The notes under the pieces: model-generated
Seen by the model: only the letters and a program-made list of their open reading frames with translations
What the model was told of the DNA's origin: nothing
Database searches by the model: none
In this document: positions 32,542 to 42,899 of the stretch, in pieces
How the letters are laid out: the number at the start of each line of letters is the position of its first letter
How positions within the stretch are numbered: position 1 is the first letter of the stretch
Source: an uncultured virus (IMG/VR IMGVR_UViG_2061766007_000865)
Taxonomy: Duplodnaviria > Heunggongvirae > Uroviricota > Caudoviricetes
DNA length: 64,000 bases
IMG/VR virus record: IMGVR_UViG_2061766007_000865
Strand: one strand, 5' to 3'
Position numbers and translations under genes: made by a program

Positions 32542-32626
32542 GAGGAGACGGTGACGTAACTCGCTCTCACATATCGTCACCATATCGGTACAGCATACTG
32601 TATACGAGCCTCACCTAAATTTTTTA

Positions 32627-33064
32627 ATGATGAGACTAAAAAAATTAATTTTAATCGTGATGCTAATGCTTCCAATTGGCGTTAGCGCACAAAACGAAGG
32701 TGAATCATACGATTGGAGTAAAGTAATTCATGCAATCAGTATGGTAGAAAGCAAGGGAAGCCCAAAGGCATACAATCCGAATGGAAATTGTGCAGGAATA
32801 CTTCAGATTGTGCCTATATTAGTACAAGAATGTAATCAGATTCTAAGAAGGAACAAATCTGCTAAACGTTATACCACATCAGATAGATATGACGTTGAAA
32901 AATCAAAGGAAATGTTCATCTTGCTGCAAGAACATTTCAATCCAGAACATGATGTGGAAAAAGCAATTAAGTGTTGGAATTGCGGATTCTATACCAAGAA
33001 CTGGAAAAACAGAAGCATTGAATATTATAGGAAAGTTATGAAATATTACAATGGAGACGATTAA
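32627..33064 (+). CDS. Signal-peptide-bearing lytic transglycosylase/lysozyme-like protein
   Basis: Sec signal 'MMRLKKLILIVMLMLPIGVSA'; catalytic 'AISMVES' and 'GILQI' motifs. Confidence 0.75.
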   Translation: MMRLKKLILIVMLMLPIGVSAQNEGESYDWSKVIHAISMVESKGSPKAYNPNGNCAGILQIVPILVQECNQILRRNKSAKRYTTSDRYDVEKSKEMFILLQEHFNPEHDVEKAIKCWNCGFYTKNWKNRSIEYYRKVMKYYNGDD

Positions 33065-33078
33065 GTCTCCATTTTTTG
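33050..33078 (+). terminator. Intrinsic terminator
   Basis: aatggagac-gattaa-gtctccatt followed by T-run. Confidence 0.75.
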
Positions 33079-33096
33079 TTTTTTAACATTCAAAAT

Positions 33097-33127
33097 TTTG
33101 TTTTTACATAAATTATCCATATCTTTG
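33097..33127 (+). promoter_or_regulatory. Bacteroidota-type promoter
   Basis: TTTG-N19-TATCTTTG. Confidence 0.75.
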
Positions 33128-33132
33128 CCCAC

Positions 33133-33468
33133 ATGGAAGGAAAAGAATTAGAATTATTCACAAAAGAAGATTTTGGTACACCAAAGACCTATTTTAGAAA
33201 GGTTGGTTGTTCTATTCTCATCGACAATATAGATAGGAGTAATTTTATAGCAAACTACAAGACTAACTATAGGATGGTTGTTCAAAAAATGTTTAAAGAG
33301 GTAAATGTGTTCGATGAAAAGAGTGGTATATCAAGACCTGTAGCCCAAGACCAATATGCAAGACCAATATCAATTAATGAATATTTAGATTTGGCTCAAC
33401 TATTGAAGAACCATGGAAGTTATCTCTATAATAAGAAATTAGGAAAATGTATTCCAAAAAAGCCTTAA
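33133..33468 (+). CDS. Hypothetical early protein
   Basis: 111-aa ORF right after a host-type promoter. Confidence 0.6.
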   Translation: MEGKELELFTKEDFGTPKTYFRKVGCSILIDNIDRSNFIANYKTNYRMVVQKMFKEVNVFDEKSGISRPVAQDQYARPISINEYLDLAQLLKNHGSYLYNKKLGKCIPKKP

Positions 33469-33600
33469 TCCAACAAATAGGATTTTCCCTACAGCTAATA
33501 TGGTATTTCCTATTTCTTCTCAGAAAATCCCTAAATGTGTTCTNNNNNNNNNNNNNNNNNNNTCTTTGCAATAGTTATAAACAACAAAACAAAATTGCTT

Positions 33601-34089
33601 ATGAAAAAGATTTTTAGTTTATTGGTAGCTTTAGCAATGTCAATAAGTCTTAGCTCTTGCGTAACCACAGTTAGCGCACAAGACGATATGTATGATGGTG
33701 AAGTTGATGCAACAGTGGTTATCTCGTATGGAACACCATTTATCTACAATGGTATGATAGAATACTATTTCTATAGGGGATGGTACTATTACCCTTATTG
33801 TGTTAATAACAACTACTATTTCCATAGGTACAGAAGAGTGTTACCATCACCTTATTTCTATGATTGGTACAAGCCTATCCCAAGATACCGTTTCCATCCA
33901 AGACCACACAACAGTGCGCCACATCATAGACCTCACACAACACCGCATAGACCACATCACAATAATCATGGTTGGAATATGCATAGACCACCTTCAAGAC
34001 CAAATAACAACCATGGCGGTAACATACATAGACCTAATAATCCACCAAGAAGCTCTACTAGAGGAGGACATTTCGGAGGTAGACGCTAA
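33601..34089 (+). CDS. Lipoprotein with Tyr-rich core and His/Pro/Arg-rich tail
   Basis: MKKIFSLLVALAMSISLSSC lipobox. Confidence 0.7.
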   Translation: MKKIFSLLVALAMSISLSSCVTTVSAQDDMYDGEVDATVVISYGTPFIYNGMIEYYFYRGWYYYPYCVNNNYYFHRYRRVLPSPYFYDWYKPIPRYRFHPRPHNSAPHHRPHTTPHRPHHNNHGWNMHRPPSRPNNNHGGNIHRPNNPPRSSTRGGHFGGRR

Positions 34090-34123
34090 AAGTTAACAGA
34101 ATTAAAAAATAGTTGCGAGAAAA

Positions 34124-34155
34124 TTTGGAATTTAGAAAAAAAGACTATATCTTTG
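34124..34155 (+). promoter_or_regulatory. Bacteroidota-type promoter
   Basis: TTTG-N20-TATCTTTG. Confidence 0.8.
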
Positions 34156-34215
34156 CATTGTAGAAATAACAAGTTTAACAATTCAATAAAAAAAGATAAT
34201 TTTAATATTAAGGTT

Positions 34216-34746
34216 ATGGAAAAAATCAATGTATTTATTGTTGCGTTACCAACTTTTGATAGCATTATAGAGAAGGTTATGGATGCAATTGACGAAAAAT
34301 CCGAGAAGACAAAGTGTAGGAAACCATTTTTCTGCAATGATGACTTCGATGATGATGAGGACGAGATGATAGAGAGGGCTGAGGATTTGACACCACCAAG
34401 GTTCAAGAATCACAGCTTTATGCCACAAGCACCTATCCCACAATGGGGCATCGGCGGTAAACCAGCAGATGAGAATCTAAGATTTGGTGCGGAGTTTGCT
34501 ATTGATGAGCCAAGACGTTCAGACTATGACAACTTCGAGGACTTTGAGTACGACCACCAGCTATTTGATGAATTCGTCTCGGCAGGTGAGGATTGTGTTG
34601 AGCGTGGTCTTGCAAGACCAGAGGGAGTTACATCTCACAGATGTAATGCTGTTCGCAAAAAGCTTAATGAAGCACCTCCTATGAACTTACCGTTAATAGG
34701 TGAAACGGATTGGTGGGCTGAGGAAGATATCGATTGGGACTTCTAA
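34216..34746 (+). CDS. Acidic hypothetical protein
   Basis: ORF from the ATG downstream of the promoter. Confidence 0.6.
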   Translation: MEKINVFIVALPTFDSIIEKVMDAIDEKSEKTKCRKPFFCNDDFDDDEDEMIERAEDLTPPRFKNHSFMPQAPIPQWGIGGKPADENLRFGAEFAIDEPRRSDYDNFEDFEYDHQLFDEFVSAGEDCVERGLARPEGVTSHRCNAVRKKLNEAPPMNLPLIGETDWWAEEDIDWDF

Positions 34747-34749
34747 ACA

Positions 34750-34911
34750 ATGAAGTTAACTACTAAACCTAGTTGTTTTGGCGCAATGCAAGCATGGGAC
34801 TATGAATCTGTAATGATTTGTAAGAGCTGTCACTGCCAATTTATAGAAGAGTGTGAGAAAGAAACTGAAAGAGCTGAAGAGGAATATAGGTATAGGCATC
34901 ATATTCCTTAA
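34750..34911 (+). CDS. Small Cys-rich protein (53 aa), not in the ORF track
   Basis: MKLTTKPSCFGAMQAWDYESVMICKSCHCQFIEECEKE..., starting 3 nt after the previous stop. Confidence 0.5.
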   Translation: MKLTTKPSCFGAMQAWDYESVMICKSCHCQFIEECEKETERAEEEYRYRHHIP

Positions 34912-34936
34912 ATAAAGCTAAAAAGTTGGGTTAGTT

Positions 34937-34968
34937 TTTGGCTAATCCAATTTTTTTTCATATCTTTG
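34937..34968 (+). promoter_or_regulatory. Bacteroidota-type promoter overlapping a terminator hairpin
   Basis: TTTG-N20-TATCTTTG; ttgggttag...ctaatccaa hairpin with T-run. Confidence 0.75.
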
Positions 34969-34991
34969 CATCAGAAAATACATTAAGTGAA

Positions 34992-36206
34992 ATGAAGGAT
35001 ACTTTTAAGACAATTAGAGATGATAATAGACTCCTTTATGAATATATAAGAGGAAGTCACTTGTATAATTTAAACAACGAATCTAGTGACACTGATACAA
35101 GTGGTTTATTCATAGCTCCAAAGGAGGTAATGATGGGTCTTGGTTTGGACTATGCAGACCAAGTTTCTGACGAGAGACATGATACCACATGGTATGAGAT
35201 TGGTAAGTTCTGCAACATGCTGTTGAAATCAAATCCAACAGTATTGGAGGCATTGTTTGTTCCAGAGGATAAGGTTATAACACCTCCTTCGGACATCATA
35301 ATGCCTCTTTTCGAGAACAGAGACCAATTCATCACAAAGGAGTGTTTTAAACCATTTGTGTCTTATGCTATCGAGCAGATTCGTAAGGCTCGTGGCTTGA
35401 ATAAGAAGATTGTAAATCCAGTCACGGAGAGATTAACTCCATTTGACTTTGCATATACTTTCTATAGCCAAGGTAGCACAAAGATTGGAAACTGGCTTGC
35501 TAACAGAGGTCTTAACAAGGATTTCTGTGGACTAGTTCATATCCCCAATATGCACGATACTTATGGTGTGTACTATGATTGGGGTGCTCACTTTGAGGCT
35601 TGTGAGATAAAGTCTATCTCAGACCTATGTGGAGAATCCAAGCTCTTTGAGTTCATAACGGATTTCTACGGTCTCTTTGAAGATACTGGCGATGATGTTC
35701 ATTCTTGGTTCGAGAAGAATAAAGAGCCACTCCACTACCGTGGAATGTGCCTTGATGCATCCACTGAGTTAAGGGGTTCATCAGTATCCAAGGGTGAAAA
35801 ACCACTTTGTTGGATGGTTTACAATGAGAGTGGTTTCAAAGACCATTGCAAGAAGTATAAGGAATACAAGGACTGGGAGAAATTCCGTAATCCAAAGCGT
35901 TATGAGTCAAATCTTAACAAGAACTATGACTCAAAGAACATGATGCATTGTGTTAGACTTATGCACATGGGTAAGGAAATCGCAGAGGGTCAAGGAATTA
36001 ACCTAGAGAGAAAGGAAGATAGAGAATTCCTTATGAACATTCGTAACCATAAGTATGAGTATGATGAGCTTATGGCTAGAGTTGAAGCTGATAAGGCAGC
36101 ACTTGATGAAGCAATCGCTAAGTCAACAATCAAGGAAACAATTGATGTTGATGCAGTCAATGATATACTAATTGAAATGAGAAAGAAAGCTTATGGGCTG
36201 CTTTAA
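34992..36206 (+). CDS. Nucleotidyltransferase (YcgL/RlaP-like)
   Basis: 'IRGSHLYNLNNESSDTDTSGLF', 'KSNPTVLEAL', 'YDSKNMMHCVRL'. Confidence 0.8.
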   Translation: MKDTFKTIRDDNRLLYEYIRGSHLYNLNNESSDTDTSGLFIAPKEVMMGLGLDYADQVSDERHDTTWYEIGKFCNMLLKSNPTVLEALFVPEDKVITPPSDIIMPLFENRDQFITKECFKPFVSYAIEQIRKARGLNKKIVNPVTERLTPFDFAYTFYSQGSTKIGNWLANRGLNKDFCGLVHIPNMHDTYGVYYDWGAHFEACEIKSISDLCGESKLFEFITDFYGLFEDTGDDVHSWFEKNKEPLHYRGMCLDASTELRGSSVSKGEKPLCWMVYNESGFKDHCKKYKEYKDWEKFRNPKRYESNLNKNYDSKNMMHCVRLMHMGKEIAEGQGINLERKEDREFLMNIRNHKYEYDELMARVEADKAALDEAIAKSTIKETIDVDAVNDILIEMRKKAYGLL

Positions 36207-37224
36207 TAGAACTGGATTTTATAGTCACCTTCCCATTACATATGGTGATGACATCGTAATGTTTATGTGCGCTGACACATCAAAAATATATAATGGGAAG
36301 GATTCATGTCCAATCAGCGTGATTGGAACAGGATATGTTCCCCTTTCATTACCTTTCTTTGGAAAGTATGATGATTATGGTGGGATTGAACAAGTTGTGA
36401 ATGATGCCAATCATCAGTTCTTCACTAATAAGGTAGGTATCACATTTGAAGAATTCTCCAAATTGATGCACGACATGGATGGCGTTACAATCTCTTACTT
36501 GAAAGAGAGAATTGAACATTTCACAAAACATCCAGAGGAGGAAGAAGACTATGAGTGGGGTCTTTACAATAAGAAACAATGTGAAAAGTTGCTGAATATA
36601 TTTGAGTCAATAATTGGTTTCAAGGTTGAAAAACCCAAGAATCACCATCCAGAATCTGAGGAATTGACAAGAATATATGAGCAAATGTATGAGCGTGAGC
36701 TTAAATTCCATGACGAGATTTCAATCATATTGACAATGGAACATCGTTCTGTATACGATAAGATGGTTGAAGTTGGTAGGGAACATTTCTTTGATTATCA
36801 TTATGGTGGTGATGAGAAGGTAACTCCAGAGGATGCCTTTGATTACACAGCGCAAATCATTAATCAAGTTGGAGAACATGCTGACGAAGATTATGAGGGT
36901 GATAACCCATTCCACGATGGTTTGGAGTTTATGAGTCGTAAGGAAATGAATAAGAGAATTGGCATCAAGTTGTGTCTTCACGATACTGTTTATGTGGATG
37001 ATATAGACTATGCTCTCTATAGCGGTATGAGGGGTGATATTTCCCAACTCAAGGAAAACGCTTGTGACTTTGCTTATTTCCTTTCTACATTTGAATGTGC
37101 TAACGTCACATTTGGCGTATCACCTTATCATTCTCAAACAGTTTCCTATGAGCAACTTATTCCTATATATGAGGAAATGCTTAGAATCCTCAAGGAGAAT
37201 GTTAGGCAAGAAGAGGAGGAATAG
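36193..37224 (+). CDS. Hypothetical protein
   Basis: 343-aa ORF overlapping the previous stop. Confidence 0.65.
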   Translation: MGCFNRTGFYSHLPITYGDDIVMFMCADTSKIYNGKDSCPISVIGTGYVPLSLPFFGKYDDYGGIEQVVNDANHQFFTNKVGITFEEFSKLMHDMDGVTISYLKERIEHFTKHPEEEEDYEWGLYNKKQCEKLLNIFESIIGFKVEKPKNHHPESEELTRIYEQMYERELKFHDEISIILTMEHRSVYDKMVEVGREHFFDYHYGGDEKVTPEDAFDYTAQIINQVGEHADEDYEGDNPFHDGLEFMSRKEMNKRIGIKLCLHDTVYVDDIDYALYSGMRGDISQLKENACDFAYFLSTFECANVTFGVSPYHSQTVSYEQLIPIYEEMLRILKENVRQEEEE

Positions 37225-37304
37225 TGTTAAAAACCCTTAAGAATTTGGNNNNNNNNNNNNNNNNNNNNNNNNNNNNNNNNNNNAACAATTTAAAATATTA
37301 AGAA

Positions 37305-38111
37305 ATGGATAGAGATTTTGAGAATGCAGCCAACCTTTGGCTTGGTCAGTATAAGGCCGACATTCAGAGTAAGGTTAAGGACTTCTTAGAGGAGAATGAA
37401 GCTTCTCCAGAGGAACTTGCAGAAGAGATTAATGTTGACGTTGAGGAGATTCACGATATTCTTGATGGCAATTCCGAAGGCATTAGTGTTAACACATTGA
37501 TTAGGGTGTTTATGACTCTTGGTCTAGCTGTTGAAATTAAACCAATTGAGGAGACACCACTTGGAGGCTATGACAATGTTAATCCGCATGTGATGCGTGA
37601 GCCACAGTTTATGGAAGAACGTGTTCCACAGCCGAATGTGTTCAACCACCCACCAATGGGAATGCCAATACCGCCTCATAATCCTTTCTTGTGTGAAAGA
37701 GTTGAACCAAAGCCGAATTTGTTCAACCATCCACCAATGGGAATGCCAAGACCGCCTCATAATCCTTTCTTGCGTAAAAGAGTTGAACCAAAGCGTGAAA
37801 GTGCACCAAGCTCTCCGTTTGCTTTAATGGGTCGTGAGGAACTTGTGAGAATCATCAAGAAACATCTGTGGGACAGCGAGATTGACACTGATAATGCTTC
37901 AAATGTAGCGCTTGTTCGATTCCTTGAGGATAAGGATAAGAGAATGAAAGAAGTAAAACGCATGGAGCACGACGAGAGGGAAATGAGAGAACTTGAGAAT
38001 GACCCAAAGGTTGTTAACTTCATAAACAAGATGAAAGACACATGCAAGAAGAACCCTCAGTTCCGTTCATATGTCAATCGTTTCATGGAGAATCTTGAAA
38101 AAGAGAACTAA
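37305..38111 (+). CDS. XRE-like HTH protein with internal Pro-rich repeat
   Basis: 'SPEELAEEINVDVEEIHDILDG...ISVNTLIRVF'. Confidence 0.6.
   Translation: MDRDFENAANLWLGQYKADIQSKVKDFLEENEASPEELAEEINVDVEEIHDILDGNSEGISVNTLIRVFMTLGLAVEIKPIEETPLGGYDNVNPHVMREPQFMEERVPQPNVFNHPPMGMPIPPHNPFLCERVEPKPNLFNHPPMGMPRPPHNPFLRKRVEPKRESAPSSPFALMGREELVRIIKKHLWDSEIDTDNASNVALVRFLEDKDKRMKEVKRMEHDEREMRELENDPKVVNFINKMKDTCKKNPQFRSYVNRFMENLEKEN
37632..37793 (+). repeat. Two-copy 81-bp in-frame tandem repeat
   Basis: ccgaat(g/t)tgttcaacca(c/t)ccaccaatgggaatgcca... at 37632 and 37713. Confidence 0.9.
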
Positions 38112-38187
38112 TAGAGAAGAATATGGCAGATATTGAAATCTGCCATNNNNNNNNNNNNNNNNNNNNNNNNNNNNNNNNNNNNNNNTA

Positions 38188-38219
38188 TTTGTTTTTCTGA
38201 TATTTTTTCTATATCTTTG
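38188..38219 (+). promoter_or_regulatory. Bacteroidota-type promoter
   Basis: TTTG-N20-TATCTTTG. Confidence 0.8.
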
Positions 38220-38234
38220 CAAAAAGAAGTTAAA

Positions 38235-40096
38235 ATGTCTAGAAAAAAGAAAGAAGTTGAAAAAATCGAATATCCTTGGTCTCCGTATCAATTGGCAATT
38301 TATGACTGGATTGAACATGACCAAGGACATCTAGTAGTTGAAGCAGCAGCAGGAAGCGGTAAATCTACAACACTCGTTAAGTGCTTGGATTTCATTCCAG
38401 AGAATAGTAAGGTGTTACTCACTGCATTCAATACAGATATTGTAAACGAACTTAAGAAGAAAACAAAGGACAAGGAAAACGTTGATGTTAGAACACTTCA
38501 TGGATTAGGATTACTTTTCATAAAGAAGAATATACCTCAAGTGAGTGCAATTCCAGAACCATTCAAATATGATTCATACATTAAGAACAATATCAGAGAA
38601 TTATCCTCGATAAACACTTTTGCCTTAAGAGGAAGAGAATACTACAGATACATTGATAATGTTAAAAAATACGTTGACTTCGGTAGGTTCTATCTTTGCC
38701 AAACAGTGAAGGATTTGGACTTTATAGAAGATAGATATGGAATCGATACGATAGCAGACGAGAAGGAGATTGCCTTGCAAGTCATGGAATGGGGTAAAAA
38801 TGCCCTAGAAACGATTGATTACACTGATATGGTATGGTTGCCAAACGTACTGTTTTTAAAGCCTCTAGGACTCTTATATGACTTCATAATGGTCGATGAG
38901 TGTCAAGACATGAACAAGGCAGAAAGGGAGTTGGTACTTAAGTGCTTCAAGATGGGTACAAGAATGATGAGTGTGGGTGATTCAAGTCAGATGTTATACG
39001 CATTCAGTGGTGGAGACCCAGAGTCATTCAATGCCCTCAAGTCAATCCCAAACACAAAGTGTCTTCCANNNNNNNNNNTGCTGGTTCTGACCCAAATTCT
39101 TTCGAAGCTTTGGTAAATCGCCCAAACACAAAGTGTCTTCCACTGAGTATATCATACAGATGCGGTAAGAATATTGTTGATTTCGCAAAGAAAATTGTAC
39201 CTTCAATTGAAGCTGCTGACAATGCGGTAGATGGACAAGTTGTAAAGAATGTTTCATTAGATATGGTTAAGGATGGCGATATGATTTTATGTAGGAATAA
39301 TGCACCATTAGTCCAGATTTATAATGAATTCTTGAAACTCGGTAAAAAGGCATATATAAGGGGAAAGGACATTGGTAACAACCTCAAGGCAATCGTTAAA
39401 AGTACAAAACAAGATGTGTTAAACGTTGATTGTAATGACGATGGGGTATTTGTAAGACTCTATGATGATTTATTCGTATCTAGAAATAAATTGATGGAGA
39501 AATTTGACATTGATGCTGAGACAGCAATGAATTCTCCTCAGATACAAAATAAACTTGATATGATTAATGCTCTCGAAATACTTGCTGAAGGTATTAATAA
39601 GTCTGAGGAAATAATTGAAAAAATTGATGAGATTTTCCCTAAGAGAGATAAGAAAAATGGTATTTCTCTTTCAACCATTCACAAAGCAAAGGGTTTGGAA
39701 GCCAACAATGTGTTTATTGCTTGTGAGTCATTGATGCCAAGCAAATCTGCGAAGAAAGATTGGGAGGTTCGACAAGAATATAACCTTATGTATGTGGCTT
39801 ATACAAGAGCGAAGAACACGTTAGGTTTCATTGATGAAAAGGATTTTGAAAAATTCAACACATCAAGCACAAATAGTGTTTCAATTCTTAAAAGAATTGA
39901 ATACCAAGTAAACAAGGTGTTAGGTAAGACCACAAAGGTCATCATTAATGAGGAAATAGCAAAATCAATCGTAGCCAATGCCAAGAAGATAGATAAGAAG
40001 GCATTTACAAGTTCAACAATAGATTTTAAAACAACAATAAATAATAAGAGAAAGGTAAACTCTTTCTCAAGCTTACTAAAAAATAAGAAAAAATGA
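38235..40096 (+). CDS. UvrD/Rep-like SF1 helicase (break at gap is an artefact)
   Basis: 'EAAAGSGKST', 'MVDECQD', 'VGDSSQ', 'SYRC', 'STIHKAKGLE', 'YVAYTRAK'. Confidence 0.9.
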
Positions 40097-40395
40097 ATGA
40101 GAATAAGACGAAAACAGTTATAAAATTTGGAACTCAGTGGTGCGGACCTTGCCGTGTCTTTGCTAGCACGTTTAAGAAAGCATCTGAAATGGAAGAATAT
40201 AAGGGCATTGAGTTTAAGAGTATCGACATCGAGAACGATGAGGATGGAGAACTGATGGCGGAGAAATACCAAGTCAAGTCAGTGCCCACAACCGTCCTTG
40301 CTGACGAAAACGGAGACGTTATTTATAAACTCATGGGCAATGTGCCATTGAAAGACTTGACCGATATTATCAATAAAACATTGGGTCATGTGTAA
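40093..40395 (+). CDS. Thioredoxin
   Basis: WCGPC active site; 'VKSVPT'. Confidence 0.9.
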   Translation: MNENKTKTVIKFGTQWCGPCRVFASTFKKASEMEEYKGIEFKSIDIENDEDGELMAEKYQVKSVPTTVLADENGDVIYKLMGNVPLKDLTDIINKTLGHV

Positions 40396-40422
40396 AAATG
40401 ATTTTGTTTAAATGGAATAAAA

Positions 40423-41277
40423 ATGGGTAAAATAATAAGCTTTTCAGGTCGTTGTCGCTCAGGTAAAACTGAATTAGCCAAGATATGTGAAAGATATGGT
40501 TATGAAAGAATATATTTCGCATTGCCATTAAAAAGGTTATGCGCTGATTTATTGGATATATCCATAGATGCACTGAATAAGGCAAAGGCAGAAAAATATG
40601 ATATTGGCGTCACCATTGGTAAGGATATGTGCAAAATACTTGCTGATGAAACTAGCATTCCACTCGAAGCAGTAATTGAGACTTGTGAGGGTGTCGTAAT
40701 TAAGGACGTAAGACACATGCTCCAGTTCATTGGTACAGACTTAATAAGAAAATATAANNNNNNNNNNNNNNNNNNNNNNNNTGATAAAAATAAAAATTAT
40801 GTAATCGATGACGTAAGATTCCCAAATGAAAAGGCATTGGTTGAAGAGCTTGGCGGTGACTGCTGGTTTGTCACACGAACAACCCTCGACAATATCTCGA
40901 ATCACGAATCTGAAACATCTATAACATGGAATGATTGTTGGAATAAAATTATTGTAAATGACTCTACGCTGCCTATTTTACAGTTTAAGTGGGAAACTTT
41001 CATGGATAATTACATCCAGTCTTGCGCCATTAGGAATAAAGAGTTTGAAAGAATATTGGAAGATGGTTCTGAGAATACCATAACACCATTGTCAGTATAT
41101 GACGTGATGCTCCTATCAAAGTCATTCTTCACATATACCCACAAGGATGTTGTTAAAGAAAACATTGAAAGCATAACAATGAATGAGGATAAGACAGTAT
41201 TCATCACATATAAAGATGACTCTATTGAGGTAGTGGATAATGCCCTACAGATTGAAGACTTGAAAATTCTCTTATAG
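40423..41277 (+). CDS. Deoxynucleoside monophosphate kinase (T4 gp1-like)
   Basis: 'SGRCRSGKT', 'YFALPLK', 'RHMLQFIGTDLIR', 'VIDDVRFPNE', 'HESE'. Confidence 0.85.
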   Translation: MGKIISFSGRCRSGKTELAKICERYGYERIYFALPLKRLCADLLDISIDALNKAKAEKYDIGVTIGKDMCKILADETSIPLEAVIETCEGVVIKDVRHMLQFIGTDLIRKYXXXXXXXXXDKNKNYVIDDVRFPNEKALVEELGGDCWFVTRTTLDNISNHESETSITWNDCWNKIIVNDSTLPILQFKWETFMDNYIQSCAIRNKEFERILEDGSENTITPLSVYDVMLLSKSFFTYTHKDVVKENIESITMNEDKTVFITYKDDSIEVVDNALQIEDLKILL

Positions 41278-41300
41278 ATTGTGACTCTATGCTTGTGTTA

Positions 41301-41337
41301 AAGAGGTATGAAGAAATTCGTACCTCTTTTTTTTTTT
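41301..41337 (+). terminator. Intrinsic terminator
   Basis: aagaggtatgaa-gaaa-ttcgtacctctt followed by T-run. Confidence 0.75.
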
Positions 41338-41370
41338 NNNNNNNNNNTCTTTGCAAAAAAATAACAAACA

Positions 41371-41966
41371 ATGGTTAACAATAGAGCAAATGATTCAAAC
41401 GTTGAAAGGGAAATCGCAAAATTCCTAGATGAAAACTTATACTCAAACAAAGAACTGTTCAAGGAATTTGTAAGAACTGATGATAAAGACGAACAGATAA
41501 AGGGTTCAGACCTTATTCTAAGCACTTCTGACGGTAAGTTGGATAGGGTTGTGGTAGATGAGAAGGTGGCAGCAAGATTCGCCAACACAAACCTTAATTC
41601 ATTTGCCCTTGAATTATCATTCATAGGTAGGGATGGAAAACGAAAATGTGGTTGGTTCACAGATAGCATGAAAAAGACTGAATACTATCTTCTAGGATGG
41701 ATAACCAAGGCTGATATTCCTTATGATGACAATAATAAAAGATATGACACGAACTCAATCACCAAAGATAACATTATAAGCCTTGATTGGGTCTTGGTGT
41801 CTAGACAGAATATTATGAAGTTCCTTGAGAAAAAAGGATGGACATTAGATAGACTAGCGTTACAAGACAACAAGATTAGAGAAAACGGAGGGGTTAAGAC
41901 AAAGGAATTCATCAATGGTATATCATTCAGATACAGTGACGGATATGTTGAAAAGCCAATAAACAT
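41371..41966 (+). CDS. PD-(D/E)xK-like nuclease (3' end in gap)
   Basis: 'QIKGSDLIL...VVDEKVA...FALEL...GWF' pattern. Confidence 0.55.
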
Positions 41967-41993
41967 NNNNNNNNNNNNNNNNNNNNNNNNNNT

Positions 41994-42758
41994 CATGGAA
42001 CTATAGAAGTTGAAACAAAAAAGCCTACACAAACAAAACCAATAGGTAGGAAAATAATATTAGAGAGTGTAATCGAAAACGATAATTATACACAATTTAT
42101 CTATGATAACTATGATATACAGAACAGAGAGAAAACCGTAACAGAAGTCCCAATCCCAACTAAAGAGGATATGGAAACTATGGATAAGGATAATTGGAAC
42201 ATCCTTTTAATCTGTGGGAAAAGCGGAGGCGGAAAATCAACCATCTTAAGGGAAATCTATGGCGATGTGAAACCAATAGAGTATGACTATACAAGGTGTG
42301 TTATAAGCCAGTTCCCAAGACTGACAGAAGAGGAAGTCTGTAACTTGCTTCAGAGCATTGGACTCAGCTCAGTACCGACATGGCTAAGGAAACCACAAGA
42401 ACTATCTAATGGAGAAAGAGCAAGACTAGATATCGCAAAAGCCATATATGACGCAAACGGTGGTGTTGTGATTTTGGATGAATACACAAGTGTAGTTAAT
42501 AGGGCAGCAGCTAAGTCAATGAGTCATGCTCTGCAAAGATATGTAAGGCAGAAGGGGCTGAAGGTAATTATTGCCTCTTGTCATTTTGATATCATAGAAT
42601 GGCTACAACCAGATTACGTATTCAATCTAGAACATCGTGACGAGAATAATGAGGTCGAGATAGAGAGAATGGTGTATAGCGATGACAAGGACTATAACGC
42701 ACTACAATCAGTGAGGGAGGCAGACTCTTTAAGTGAAGCTATGGATGTCAAGATATGA
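41994..42758 (+). CDS. Soluble ABC-type ATPase (frame open back to the gap)
   Basis: 'GKSGGGKST', signature 'LSNGERAR', 'ILDEYTSVV', 'ASCH'. Confidence 0.85.
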   Translation, partial: HGTIEVETKKPTQTKPIGRKIILESVIENDNYTQFIYDNYDIQNREKTVTEVPIPTKEDMETMDKDNWNILLICGKSGGGKSTILREIYGDVKPIEYDYTRCVISQFPRLTEEEVCNLLQSIGLSSVPTWLRKPQELSNGERARLDIAKAIYDANGGVVILDEYTSVVNRAAAKSMSHALQRYVRQKGLKVIIASCHFDIIEWLQPDYVFNLEHRDENNEVEIERMVYSDDKDYNALQSVREADSLSEAMDVKI

Positions 42759-42899
42759 GTAAGATAACTCTAGAAGAATTTAAAAAAAATGCAGTTTGAT
42801 TTAAAAAGTATGCGAATATGCTTAAATGGAAAGCACAATCAGCACCATAATTACACATTCAAACACCATTCAGAAGCAAATGAAATTAATAAAGATTAA
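42755..42899 (+). pseudogene. Collapsed endonuclease remnant between ABC ATPase and GNAT
   Basis: 'MSKITLEEFKK' start, then in a shifted frame NUMOD1-like 'MRICLNGKHNQHHNYTFKH'. Confidence 0.4.

Noticed and set aside
32550..32612. HDV-like/theta ribozyme
   Set aside because: P1-, P2- and P4-like pairings can be drawn, but there is no P3/P1.1 or J4/2 catalytic C context. Kept only as a generic structured RNA candidate.
39000..39145. Split UvrD helicase
   Set aside because: Overlapping variant sequence flanks a 10-N gap.
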